Shown here piece by piece: positions 1 to 10,800 of a DNA stretch of 30,661 nucleotides. The stretch's first letter is position 1; every line of letters starts with the position of its first letter. The DNA comes from a virus. Lineage: Duplodnaviria; Caudoviricetes. A model generated the notes under the pieces. It made no database searches. It saw only the letters and a program-made list of their open reading frames with translations, and had not been told where the DNA came from. Made by a program: the position numbers and the translations under genes. The DNA is taken from IMG/VR virus record IMGVR_UViG_3300030433_002580, positions 1-30,661 of that record, one strand, 5' to 3'.

Positions 1-3000
1 TCATATTCAACAATTTCATTTGAAATTTTTGCATATCCACCAGAAGTTGAGATACCTTCATAAGTAGCAAATGGTGTTGTATCTGCAACAGAAACAACAG
101 TTGCATTTTTACCTAAATTAGCAGTTATTTTTACTTTCTCTCTATCTGGTTCTACATCAACAATTTCTACATCATTATTTGCACCATGATGTGCATGATT
201 GTATTGAAGAATCTTCATTACATTGCCATCATATTTTTCATCAATGATTGATGATGCTTCAACAACAAAGTTTGCAGAACCAGAAGTCTTGGTAGTTAAA
301 TCATAATCTGTAGTGAAACGTTGGAGACGTACACCCACTGGGAAATGCTCACCTTGTACATTGTTAAGATACAGAGTACTGGTAACACCAATATTGTTGA
401 CTGCAAAAATTGCACCACTACCTTTTTGAACATGTGCTGTTGTGATTCCTAACAAATCGCCAACTGCATATCCTTCACCACGAGTGAGAACATCAATTTC
501 AGTAACTTCACCACTTGCATTTGTAGTTACTTTAGCAGTTGCTCCACTGCCTTTACCAGTAAGAGTATAAAGACTTACTAAGTCTGGATCTGCACTAGCA
601 CTGTATCCAATACCAGGATTTGCAATTTCTCCAGAATTTGTACCCGTTTCAAGACCACCACCAACTTTTTCAATAAATCCATATAGATCATTATCATTAA
701 GAACACCAACCATTGTTCCTGGAGTGAAGTTTGTGGTATCCGCTGCAGTAGAACCTGAGCATCTTACCTTCAGTTTTCTTGGAAGAAGTTCAATTGGATT
801 CTTAGGAAGATCTGAGGAATTTGAACCCTTAGGTCCAATACCACTGTTATAAGCAATTAATGTACCTTTTTCCACAAACTCTGCTTTTCTGAGTTTGAAA
901 GTCAAATCTTGGTATTGATTTGGAGTCCAAATTGTACCATTTTGAGACTTAAACAGAGAACCGCCAATATATTGCTTAGAGACAACAACATTTTCAGAGT
1001 TAGGAAGAACTGCTGATTGAACAGTCTTTTGACCCATGGTTGCTGTCCACATCTCATACTTATCAGAAGAAGGTGCAAGAATAACAATTGCATATTCTTT
1101 ATCTGGTTCAAGGTATACTGGTGATGGGAATCTAACAGTTGTTGCTTTAGAAGCATCATCAGATGTTTTAATATCGTTAGGATTTAAAGCAATCTGTGTA
1201 AAATCTTGAACAAGAAGATTTGTAGGTGTTCCTAATTCTACTGTTCTAAGTTCAACAAAAAGTTTCTTCTTAGGATCTTTTTTCGCAAAGAACAAATCAA
1301 ATGAGGTAAGGAATACTCCAGTACCATCAACAAGGAAAGTCTGTGCAAGAGGATCTCTATGTGGTGCCTTAACAGTAACTTCAACTTTAGGTTTCTTTGC
1401 CTTTGGTTTGGGTGGATTTCTAACCTGGACAATAAAGTTTTCTACTGTATCAATAGTACCAGTACCACTATAAGTACCAATAGCTTCAGATGCTTGTGTA
1501 GTAGAACCAGGAATTGGAGTTACACCAGGAGGAACAGCAGTAACTTTTACTGTCTTAGTTCCAGACTTAACTTTTACTGGTGGTTGTGGTTTTGTATTTG
1601 GATCGCGGAAGTGGAAACATGCTATAATGTCTCCCCAATTATCAGTGATTAATTCAAAGTTTTTAACCTTAGCAACAGCTCCACTTGTTTTACCTACAAT
1701 TTTACATCCTTTTGTAATGTATCCATAAAACTCTTCGGAACTTGCTAACTTTTTAAGATCAAAATTAAGAAGTCTAGAAGTTGCAGAGTAATTTGCTGGT
1801 GGTGCAGAACCTTTTTTGTCATATGGATTGACACTATATGCCTCATAAGAAGGTGGGAACATAATACCCATCTTAGTAACTTTATCACCAAATTTATTAT
1901 TTGGTTCTTTAAGTTTCATGTGACCAATTTTCTTTCCACCTTTAAAAATATCAACTTTCTCATATTTCTGGAAAGTTCCAGACTGCATATCAATTTCAAC
2001 CAACTTTGGAATAATATCAACTTGTTGACTATCTAAGAAGTGATAATGCTTTGTATCTGGTTTCAAACCATTTGCAAGGAAGTATACCTCCCTAGAACGC
2101 ATAAATGGATCTACTGTACTAGTAATTTTAACATTCTCAACATAATCAAATTCTTTGGATGGTCCTTTAAGTTTTGGTGTATATGTAGTGGTCTTTGTAG
2201 TAGTTGTAGTAACAAATTTTTTCGTTTTCTTCTCGTTTCTACCTCTACCCTTTTTGTAGGTTACATATTCAACTTTTTTATCAACATCCGTATGAACACT
2301 TGCTTCTTGTACCCACTTAGCACCAGTAGATTCTGTTCTCTTATGATTAATGTAAATTGTACGAGTCCAGTTATCGGATGGTGGAGTTAATTGAACACCA
2401 CCAACATAAACAATAACATTAAATGGGTTTACATTTTCAACATTAGTTGCTTGTGGTTGATCTAAGAAATCAACCTCTTTATATGCAAGTGTAAGTAAAT
2501 CTCCAGTTTTCTGAATGTTCTTATCAGATAACGGAAGATTTTGATCTAGGTCATCATTCTCAACATCAACTGAAGAATCCCATGCAAGCTCTGCATTCAT
2601 AGACCAGAACTCAACGGGTGAAATACCCATATTTTGCTCTGAGTTGATATCCATTCTAGTGTATCTTGGATCTGAAAGAGATTTATCTTTGAAGTCAGAA
2701 ACAATAAATCCTGACTTAAATCTGTTCAATCCATTTGCGTCTGTAACTTCTACAGTAGCAGTGTTAAGTTCAAGAAGACTTAAAGAAGTAACTTCCTCAA
2801 GATTTTCAATTCTTTCTTCAAGTTTTCCAATATCTCTCATCGTGAATCTTCTGTTGTCTCTCAACAGAATTCCTGGATCTTTAGTAGGATTAAAGAGATA
2901 TGCTGGATATGCAATAAGAGCAACTTCCATTGCATTATCTGCAAGATCTGGTATTTGAGGATCTTCTGCTGGTTCTCCTTGAATGACTTCTACTTGACCG

Positions 3001-6000
3001 TAACTATTAATTGTTACCAAATCAACTCTAGGAAGATAGTAACTAAGACCAACTCTAGTAGTTTCTTCTGGGGTGACAACAAATCTATAGTTTGTTGAAA
3101 ATTCTCTTGCATCGTAAGTAAATGGAGACATTGTTGCTGTTGATGCATCAAAATCTCTTACTCTTGGTCTAAAGTCCAGAAGATCGGATACCCTAGTACC
3201 ATTTACTACCGTTGGGATATCACTCTTATATCTGTCGGCAGTGTAAGAATTAACTGTGAAGATATCTCCAGTATTTGTTGAACCAGCACTTACTCTATAT
3301 TGATTGTAGATAATTTGCAACTGCTTTGTTGGAATTGCAAATCCATCTCTTCTTCTAATACGTGAATAATCTACAATTTGATTTGTATGTGCTTTATCAA
3401 GAACATAATTATCAGTTCTATCAACATAACTACCAGATGTAGTTTCTTGAATAACTAAATTCAATGATGAACTCTTGAATGCAACTTCCTCACCAACTGC
3501 AAAATCATTGTCATTAAGAGGGACATATGTGGCAGTAGTTGCAGTTGTTTCTACAATCTGACCAAATGCTCTACTTGTTTGACCAACAATCTTTTCACCA
3601 ATAATTGCATTTTGATCTAAAGCAAGACCAGTTGCAAAGGTCAAACTATCTAAAGTAGGTGCAGCATCATTAGTTGATTCATATACTGCAACAACATCAA
3701 CAACATCTGCAGTGTTCAGTGAAATCTCTTCATCTTCAATCCTCAATCCATAGAACTTACTTGTAGTCAGACCTGCAGTCGCTGGTGACTTTCCATTGGT
3801 TCTTGTAACACTAACAATATTACTCTTCACATAATTATTTGTTTTATGAGTAACATCAGTCTTTCTTAAAGTTCCAATGACAACAACATTACTTTGGCTA
3901 GCAGTCAGACCTCTAAATGTAACTTGAGTTGCACCATATGTAAACTGGTCAGAAGTTAAATCCTCAGTAGTTCCATTAGAATAGTGAATAGAATATCTTT
4001 CAGCATCAAATGCTTCAAAGAATACACTATTAATGCCGACAGCACTTCCTAAGAAGTCTGTGACAGTAAGCGTCATTTCACCATTACCGTCAGTAGACTG
4101 TCCAGTAATTTGTCTTGTAATTAATAGCTCTGCATCGGATAAATCAACAGAAGCTACAGTAAATCTTGGAAGTTCTGAATAAAGACCAGATTGCTGTGAT
4201 GCATGAATCTTTGGAACCATCAATGAGAAGTTTGATTCACTATTAGTTACATTATTATCACAAACTCCGGTAACAGAACTATCTGGACCTGTCAAAGTTA
4301 ATTGATTTCCAGTAGCATTAATTGCAGAAATAACATTAAAGTTTGGATCTGTTCCTGCAGTGGATTGATATTTTAAAATTGCACCTGTTTTAATTCCAGT
4401 TACACCTGCAAAGAATCTTCCAGGAACTTGTCCCGTATTACCACCTGTTACAATTAACTTATCATTCTTACTAAAGTCAGGTAAACCTTTTTCATACAGA
4501 ATTGTATCTGCAATAAAGTCTCTTTGGATATTTGAATCAAGACTTGTTGAATCTTGATAAACAGATTTAATGTCTTCTACAGTAAATTCTTCAACTGCAG
4601 TTATACCAAAAGTATATTCTTCAATTTCGTTAACAATGATCTGCTCACCCTTCTGGAAAACACCAGAAGTTTGTGTTAGACTCATACATAAAGGACTTCT
4701 CTTACTATCAATGTATCCTCTAGCACCACTAGACAGACCTCTTACATAAGAACCAAGAGGAATGACATCATTATCATTTATATTGCTTGATACGTAGATA
4801 TCTGTATATGTCTGAATATCAAAAAGATATAAATCCCAACTGGTTGTAGCATCTTGATATGCTCCATCACTTACACCATACCAATAAACTCTAGCTTCAC
4901 CAATTTTCCTACCAGTTCCTGCATTATTCGTGCCACTATTTCTTCTCTCATCAAACAATTCAATTACATTATCAAATGTATTTTGTCCTGCTTGTGTTCC
5001 AATAGAAATATAAGGAACACCGGTGACGTTATTAACTTTGATAAGACTTCCCATTGAGAAGGGAACTCTAGTCTCTGCAATAGATTTGGTAGTTCTTGGT
5101 TTTGGAACATCAATAATAGTTGATCCAACCAAATCTACATCATATCCTTTAACATATGCGGTTCCTGCAGAGACTTTGATGCACATCAAATCTTCACTAG
5201 GACTATTTCCTTCATCAGTGAGTTGATTTTCTGCAAATAAACCAGCACCACCGGTCTCATTATTTAAAGAATCTAAAACATCTACAGTAAAACTATCAAT
5301 AGCATAGTTTCCAGATTCATCAAAAGTTCGTTTTGCAAAATAGTCTGCAATGTAATTATATTCAGTCTTCGCTTCTAACTTTTTAATTTGACCATTATCA
5401 ATTTTTACAAGCTCAATAAAGTTAGTATCATTAAAATCTTGTAATCCTTTTTTAGTTAATCTAGTACTAATTTTTAATCTATCAGCACCAGGTGCAGCAA
5501 AATTAGTATATCCTTTTGCATTGTCATTCAGTGAAGGATCTTGGTCTGAGTTGACTACCTGCTCTATAACCTCAAAACCAACTCTGTATGATGGTTCATT
5601 ATTATATAAATCAAGAACTATCTGTTCATCTGAAACATCAACAAAATATCCTCTTATAAAATAAACACCAGCTGCAACTCCTACAGCATATCCAATCTTT
5701 GAAGCATCATTTGCAACCAAAGAAAGGATAGTATCTCCTGCATTTAAAGTTGTATTTCCATATGTTACATTCTCTTCAATCAATAAGACTTCAGAATCAG
5801 CGAAGAATTCAGTCTCTCCATCTTCTGCTGTAGTGTCATATTTTATGAAAAGAGTAATATCTTCCGCATCTTCATTTGGTGGAAGAACATAACCTTTAAT
5901 TGTCGCTGTTATATCAGTATCTTGACCTCTTACTTCTGTGCCTTTACCATCGTTAGCATTAACAAGGGCATCAAGGTAAATGCTGATATCTAGACCCAAA

Positions 6001-6248
6001 TGAGTCTCATTTACCTTAATAGTAGTAAATTCATTGTCACACGTAATTCCTCCAGGAATCACCATAGAACCTTCTTTGAACATGTGTGTTCCGAAGGACT
6101 CTACCTGATTCTGGAGAATAGATTGAAGACCTGTTAGTTCTCTTGCCTGAACAGGATATCCAGGTTTAAAGAGAACCTTGTAAAAATTATTATCCTTATC
6201 AAAATCGTCATAATAAGGATTTACGTTTAAATTAGTCTTCTGTGGCAT
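1..6248 (-). CDS. Large virion structural protein, VrlC/DUF4815-type (3' end outside window, >2080 aa)
   Basis: Not in the ORF track because it has no stop in the window. ATG at 6248 reads MPQKTNLNVNPYYDDFDKDNNFYKVLFKPGYPVQARELTGLQSILQNQVESFG, the N-terminus typical of this cyanomyovirus family. DPLAQTF occurs near 1340-1356, and the same frame reads ...GYAKISNEIVEY at the window edge. It lies directly downstream of gp8. The frame was spot-checked, not translated end to end. Confidence 0.9.
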   Translation of the reverse strand, partial: MPQKTNLNVNPYYDDFDKDNNFYKVLFKPGYPVQARELTGLQSILQNQVESFGTHMFKEGSMVIPGGITCDNEFTTIKVNETHLGLDISIYLDALVNANDGKGTEVRGQDTDITATIKGYVLPPNEDAEDITLFIKYDTTAEDGETEFFADSEVLLIEENVTYGNTTLNAGDTILSLVANDASKIGYAVGVAAGVYFIRGYFVDVSDEQIVLDLYNNEPSYRVGFEVIEQVVNSDQDPSLNDNAKGYTNFAAPGADRLKISTRLTKKGLQDFNDTNFIELVKIDNGQIKKLEAKTEYNYIADYFAKRTFDESGNYAIDSFTVDVLDSLNNETGGAGLFAENQLTDEGNSPSEDLMCIKVSAGTAYVKGYDVDLVGSTIIDVPKPRTTKSIAETRVPFSMGSLIKVNNVTGVPYISIGTQAGQNTFDNVIELFDERRNSGTNNAGTGRKIGEARVYWYGVSDGAYQDATTSWDLYLFDIQTYTDIYVSSNINDNDVIPLGSYVRGLSSGARGYIDSKRSPLCMSLTQTSGVFQKGEQIIVNEIEEYTFGITAVEEFTVEDIKSVYQDSTSLDSNIQRDFIADTILYEKGLPDFSKNDKLIVTGGNTGQVPGRFFAGVTGIKTGAILKYQSTAGTDPNFNVISAINATGNQLTLTGPDSSVTGVCDNNVTNSESNFSLMVPKIHASQQSGLYSELPRFTVASVDLSDAELLITRQITGQSTDGNGEMTLTVTDFLGSAVGINSVFFEAFDAERYSIHYSNGTTEDLTSDQFTYGATQVTFRGLTASQSNVVVIGTLRKTDVTHKTNNYVKSNIVSVTRTNGKSPATAGLTTSKFYGLRIEDEEISLNTADVVDVVAVYESTNDAAPTLDSLTFATGLALDQNAIIGEKIVGQTSRAFGQIVETTATTATYVPLNDNDFAVGEEVAFKSSSLNLVIQETTSGSYVDRTDNYVLDKAHTNQIVDYSRIRRRDGFAIPTKQLQIIYNQYRVSAGSTNTGDIFTVNSYTADRYKSDIPTVVNGTRVSDLLDFRPRVRDFDASTATMSPFTYDAREFSTNYRFVVTPEETTRVGLSYYLPRVDLVTINSYGQVEVIQGEPAEDPQIPDLADNAMEVALIAYPAYLFNPTKDPGILLRDNRRFTMRDIGKLEERIENLEEVTSLSLLELNTATVEVTDANGLNRFKSGFIVSDFKDKSLSDPRYTRMDINSEQNMGISPVEFWSMNAELAWDSSVDVENDDLDQNLPLSDKNIQKTGDLLTLAYKEVDFLDQPQATNVENVNPFNVIVYVGGVQLTPPSDNWTRTIYINHKRTESTGAKWVQEASVHTDVDKKVEYVTYKKGRGRNEKKTKKFVTTTTTKTTTYTPKLKGPSKEFDYVENVKITSTVDPFMRSREVYFLANGLKPDTKHYHFLDSQQVDIIPKLVEIDMQSGTFQKYEKVDIFKGGKKIGHMKLKEPNNKFGDKVTKMGIMFPPSYEAYSVNPYDKKGSAPPANYSATSRLLNFDLKKLASSEEFYGYITKGCKIVGKTSGAVAKVKNFELITDNWGDIIACFHFRDPNTKPQPPVKVKSGTKTVKVTAVPPGVTPIPGSTTQASEAIGTYSGTGTIDTVENFIVQVRNPPKPKAKKPKVEVTVKAPHRDPLAQTFLVDGTGVFLTSFDLFFAKKDPKKKLFVELRTVELGTPTNLLVQDFTQIALNPNDIKTSDDASKATTVRFPSPVYLEPDKEYAIVILAPSSDKYEMWTATMGQKTVQSAVLPNSENVVVSKQYIGGSLFKSQNGTIWTPNQYQDLTFKLRKAEFVEKGTLIAYNSGIGPKGSNSSDLPKNPIELLPRKLKVRCSGSTAADTTNFTPGTMVGVLNDNDLYGFIEKVGGGLETGTNSGEIANPGIGYSASADPDLVSLYTLTGKGSGATAKVTTNASGEVTEIDVLTRGEGYAVGDLLGITTAHVQKGSGAIFAVNNIGVTSTLYLNNVQGEHFPVGVRLQRFTTDYDLTTKTSGSANFVVEASSIIDEKYDGNVMKILQYNHAHHGANNDVEIVDVEPDREKVKITANLGKNATVVSVADTTPFATYEGISTSGGYAKISNEIVEY

Positions 6249-6251
6249 TTT

Positions 6252-7811
6252 TTAGAATTCCAGTATAATTTTAATGTCTTCTTTTTGTCTCAAATTCCTA
6301 GCAATGCTAGGTCTATTATCAAGATAAATTAATTGCCCTGACCCTTTATTTATTTCAGGAACGGCCATGCCACTTGTGAAGTTAACGCCAAGATTGATGA
6401 GTTTACTTCCTGTTGGATTTGTAGTAATACCAGAGAAATTAAGATCTACAGATCCACTAAATCCAGATGACTGCCCACTAATTAAATTTGCACTAGATTC
6501 AAAAGCATAGTTTCTACCATTAGTAGAAATACCAACATAATCTTGATGATCTAGGGTAGTTTGATTAAAATATAAAGAACGATCTTGAATATATTTAAGC
6601 ACTTTTGTTTCTGCATCATATGAAGAAACATATCCATATGCTTTTCCTACATTATTATTAAGACTTTGTTCAATTTTTTCTCCAATTGTAGGAGTTCCAG
6701 TAATTGATGAGAATTTTATAGAATTCAATCCACTAAAAGATGAACCTGTAAAGATATTATTTGTTCCTACTGATGTGGGATTTTTTACAATAGAAACTTG
6801 TGCGAAACTGGTATCAACTGGAAAATCTTTAGTTGAATCATCAAATCTAGCGTAAACTAAAACCTTATCAGAACCTAACTCCAAGTAAATATCATCACCA
6901 TGCCCTCTAGCAGGAGGAATTATTGGTATAAGTTTTGCACTACTACCAGTTGTATTGGAGTTAATAGATCCAAGGTCTACAAGAGCATATGAATAATCTT
7001 TTCCACCTGCAGTAACTACAGTGTTTGTAATTTTACCGCCCTCAACATCAACTCTAACTTTTCCACCACTTCCATCACCAATAATATTCATCTCTTGACT
7101 CAATCCACTAGCATAGTTGCCGCCAGCTTTGTCAATGTAAACTGTTTTAATTTGATTGAGATTAGTTTCTGAATTTGCAGAGTCTCTTACTGCTTGTATT
7201 TGAGTATCAGAAGTTGTTGACCAATTACTTGGCAAAGTAATGTACTCAGTAGAGTCAAATTTAATAATATCACTTGGAGAAACTGTAAACAAATATTTCC
7301 AAATATACCCATCACCACTAGTGCCAGCTCTAGTTGGTTCTAAATCTGTAAATGTTGGTTCATCCTGAGATATATTTCCTTTTGGATTAGTACCCGTAGA
7401 ACCATTCTCTACACAGACATAAACTCTAAAGTCAGAGTTCATTACATAGTAATTTGCATCAAATAATCTTGCTGCATTAGTTAAAGGTGAAGGAGATGCA
7501 ATACTGTAGTCATCTCTATACATTTCATATCTACTTCCAGCAACCCAATCAATTCTCCTAACAATGCGTTTGACATTTGCAGAAGATATTTTTTTACCAA
7601 ACAATACAACATCACCAGCATGTGCATTATTGGTTTGATTATCCAATGGTGCTGGTGGTGAAGTATTCCAATCTGAAGTTCTACCATATCCAGTAATAGA
7701 TGGATTTGGTAGACCTACAGTAATATAGTAAGAGTTGGACGCATTTTCAACCGATTCGACAAAATTGCCTGCATTCAGAATCCTAAATTGATCGGTAACA
7801 ATAGCTGACAT
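6252..7811 (-). CDS. gp8: Baseplate wedge subunit (T4 gp8-like)
   Basis: 519 aa. Motifs MSAIVTDQFRILNA, NYYVMNSDFRVYVC.ENG, DGYIWKYLFT and C-terminal RQKEDIKIILEF. Synteny after gp7. Confidence 0.92.
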   Translation of the reverse strand: MSAIVTDQFRILNAGNFVESVENASNSYYITVGLPNPSITGYGRTSDWNTSPPAPLDNQTNNAHAGDVVLFGKKISSANVKRIVRRIDWVAGSRYEMYRDDYSIASPSPLTNAARLFDANYYVMNSDFRVYVCVENGSTGTNPKGNISQDEPTFTDLEPTRAGTSGDGYIWKYLFTVSPSDIIKFDSTEYITLPSNWSTTSDTQIQAVRDSANSETNLNQIKTVYIDKAGGNYASGLSQEMNIIGDGSGGKVRVDVEGGKITNTVVTAGGKDYSYALVDLGSINSNTTGSSAKLIPIIPPARGHGDDIYLELGSDKVLVYARFDDSTKDFPVDTSFAQVSIVKNPTSVGTNNIFTGSSFSGLNSIKFSSITGTPTIGEKIEQSLNNNVGKAYGYVSSYDAETKVLKYIQDRSLYFNQTTLDHQDYVGISTNGRNYAFESSANLISGQSSGFSGSVDLNFSGITTNPTGSKLINLGVNFTSGMAVPEINKGSGQLIYLDNRPSIARNLRQKEDIKIILEF

Positions 7812-7830
7812 TGCTTATATGTTTTTTATG

Positions 7831-7838
7831 TATTTATA
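7831..7838 (-). promoter_or_regulatory. T4-type late promoter (TATAAATA) for gp8
   Basis: Exact TATAAATA on the - strand in the gp7-gp8 gap, 20 nt upstream of the gp8 ATG. Confidence 0.85.
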
Positions 7839-7844
7839 TGGGGT

Positions 7845-10800
7845 TTATAATATAGGATAACCAGAAGAATTTTCACTTGCATCAGGACCATTTGATGTCT
7901 TCCTTAATGCACCACTACTCTTAAATCCAAAGTCTCTCCTTTGAATTGCAGGGAATGTAGATAATCCAGAATCAATTGTAAGACCAGTTACTCCTATTGA
8001 AATTGGATTAGTTCTGGTTATACCATCAATGGCATTATATAATCTTCCCCAGGATAACTTACCTGCAGAAATTGTAGCATCAGGATTATTTGCAAAATAA
8101 ACTCCTGTTGTCGCGATACCAACAATATTTGTATCACCATGAATATTGCAAGTTATTCTACCTTTGTTTCCATTATTTGAAACAGCGTGTACCATGTAAA
8201 CAGCATCTAAGAATGTTGTTCCAATACCAACGGTAGAATTATCATTTCCATCAACAGTAGTTACTCCATGACCAACTGAAGTGTCATATACGTAGACTGG
8301 ATATCCTGCAACCAAACTATTAGTTGCACTAGAATTATTAGCAAAGTCAATACGATCATAATCAATATGGAGTGCCATTCCACAATCGCCACTACCCGCA
8401 GTTGTACTAATTCCAGTAACAATTCCAGTAAATCCTTCAACATTTGTAATATTTTCAATTGATTCCTGTTTTCCTTTAGGAATTTCAACAATTGCTTGAG
8501 GGGGATTGGTAACGGAATAACCAAAACCTATATTTGTGATAGTTGCAGAGTCAATAGAACCATCAATAATGCTTACAGTAGCAGTTGCAGTTGTACCAAC
8601 ACCAACACCAATATCTAAAGGTGCTGTAAACTTAACATCAAGCGTAGTGCCAGAATAACCAGAACCAACATTATTAATTGTAAGAGCACTAATTGTTCCA
8701 GAAGCACCAACAGTTGCTGTGATTGCAGCAGAAACTGGATCTACTCCTTCTACAATCAATCCTTCTATGGAGTTGATTGAAATAGCATAGTTATTTTCTT
8801 CATAATTGAAGAACTGTGCGTTATCAACAAAAATTTGATTGGTGCTTCCATTAATATCACCAATTATTTTTGCTGTTGGAAGAACTCTTGGTTCAATAGA
8901 GTCTCTTGTTTTATAAACAAAATCACCTTTAACAAACATATCAAGTTTTTGCTTAGTCCAACTAAGTGGTTTGAAATCATTTTCATTGATTCCTGGACCA
9001 AGATAGATATCAGTTTCAAGTTTATCTGCAGATAAGATATCAAGAATTGTTCTATCTCTATTTTGATCTTTTGTCAGAACAAAACCTGGATGCTTTTTAA
9101 CTAGGAGTTCGTCACCAATTTTAAATGTTTCTTGAACATCAACAATAACAACATCAACACCATCCTGACCAAGATAGAAGAAAATATCAACCTTATCAGA
9201 CTCTGATGGTGCCTGGTCAAATATGAAAGATGTTCCCCCTTCAAATGTGTAGGAACTTCCAGGTTGCTGAAGAACGCCATTAACGAAAATAACCAAAACT
9301 GCATTCAAATCAATTTCATTTGAAAGTGCATTATTAGGATCTAATTCAAAACTCAGAAGTTCACCTTCATAAATCAATGGGAATCTTTGTCTTGAACCAT
9401 CTTGGAATGCTTCAATGCTATCAATATAATTCATTTCACCAAATGACCATGCAGACATAGAATCATTGAAAGTTTCAGTAACTTCAAGTTCAAAGTCTGA
9501 AATTGGTTCACTCAGATGTGATGCTGTAACAAGACCAACTACTTTAAATACATCTCCAACCTGGAATGCATATCCACTTCTCCTAATGTTAAAGGACTCA
9601 ACTTCAAAGAGAGTTGAACCAATACCCACATTAGTTCCTGCAGCACCAATAGTAACATTCATTAACAGATTTTCACCTGTTGTTGTAGTTGCACCAACTC
9701 CAAGTCTTGATACACCAACAACTTCCATATTTTCGTATGTTGGTTCTGGAATTTGAATTCTTGGATTTACATATCCAGATCCGCCATTATCAATACTGAA
9801 GATTAATGTTCCACCTACACCAACTGTTGCAGAAATTTCTGCACCTGTTCCTGCACCACCACCAGGACCAACATTGACAGTGATAGTGTTTGTAGTTACT
9901 GAGGTAACTTCTGTTGTAATACCAGCAACTGGGTCAGTTGCTCTTGGATATGGTTGCTCGGTGAAGAAATTATCTTCAGAACATGTGAAAATAATTCCAC
10001 CAGTATCAATACCAATTTGATTTCCAACTGTTAAACCATGAGATGGAATTGTTAACAAGAGTTTTCCAGTATGTGATGTATATTCTGCATTAGTTGCTGT
10101 AAATGTATCAGTTCCAGCAGAACCAACGAAGATTGAATCAGAAACAGAACGAACAAATTTATGTTCAAATGCTAAATCAGTAACACCAATAGAAACAGGA
10201 CCTCTATATCCCGAACCATTAGAAAGTGAGAAGTGCTTGAATACACTACCAAATCCAACGTAATTGTGAACAATTGTGCTAGGTCCGACCTGAACTGTCA
10301 GTTTATTAGCAGAAAGAATATTTACAATGTCAAAAGAACGATCATGATCTGGGAATATTGTTGTAGTTACACCTGCATGTGCTTGAGCACATGTAAAGTG
10401 AAGTCCCACCAATTGAACTCTCTCTCCGCCCTTAAGATAGTGGTTTGAACTAGTCTCAATTTCAATAACACCTGTAATATTATTGTAATCTGCAGTTGTA
10501 ATTCCAACAGGTTTACGGTAAGTGTTGACACCAACAATATCTGTAATAATACCTGTTACATTAGCAACAGTTGCAAGATCTGCTTTGACTTTTGCACCAT
10601 AGAGTGGTGCATATCCAAGACCTGGTGTTGAACCAAGAGATACAATCAGACCGCCTCTAGGAAGTTGATTCTGATTAATATCAAAGTCGGATTGAATATA
10701 GGAACCGTTCTCTGAAGTAATACCAGAGAATACTACACTAGAAATACCAAGAGCACTTGAGTTTTCAAATTTATAATTATTACCAAGATTATTGGTAGTA

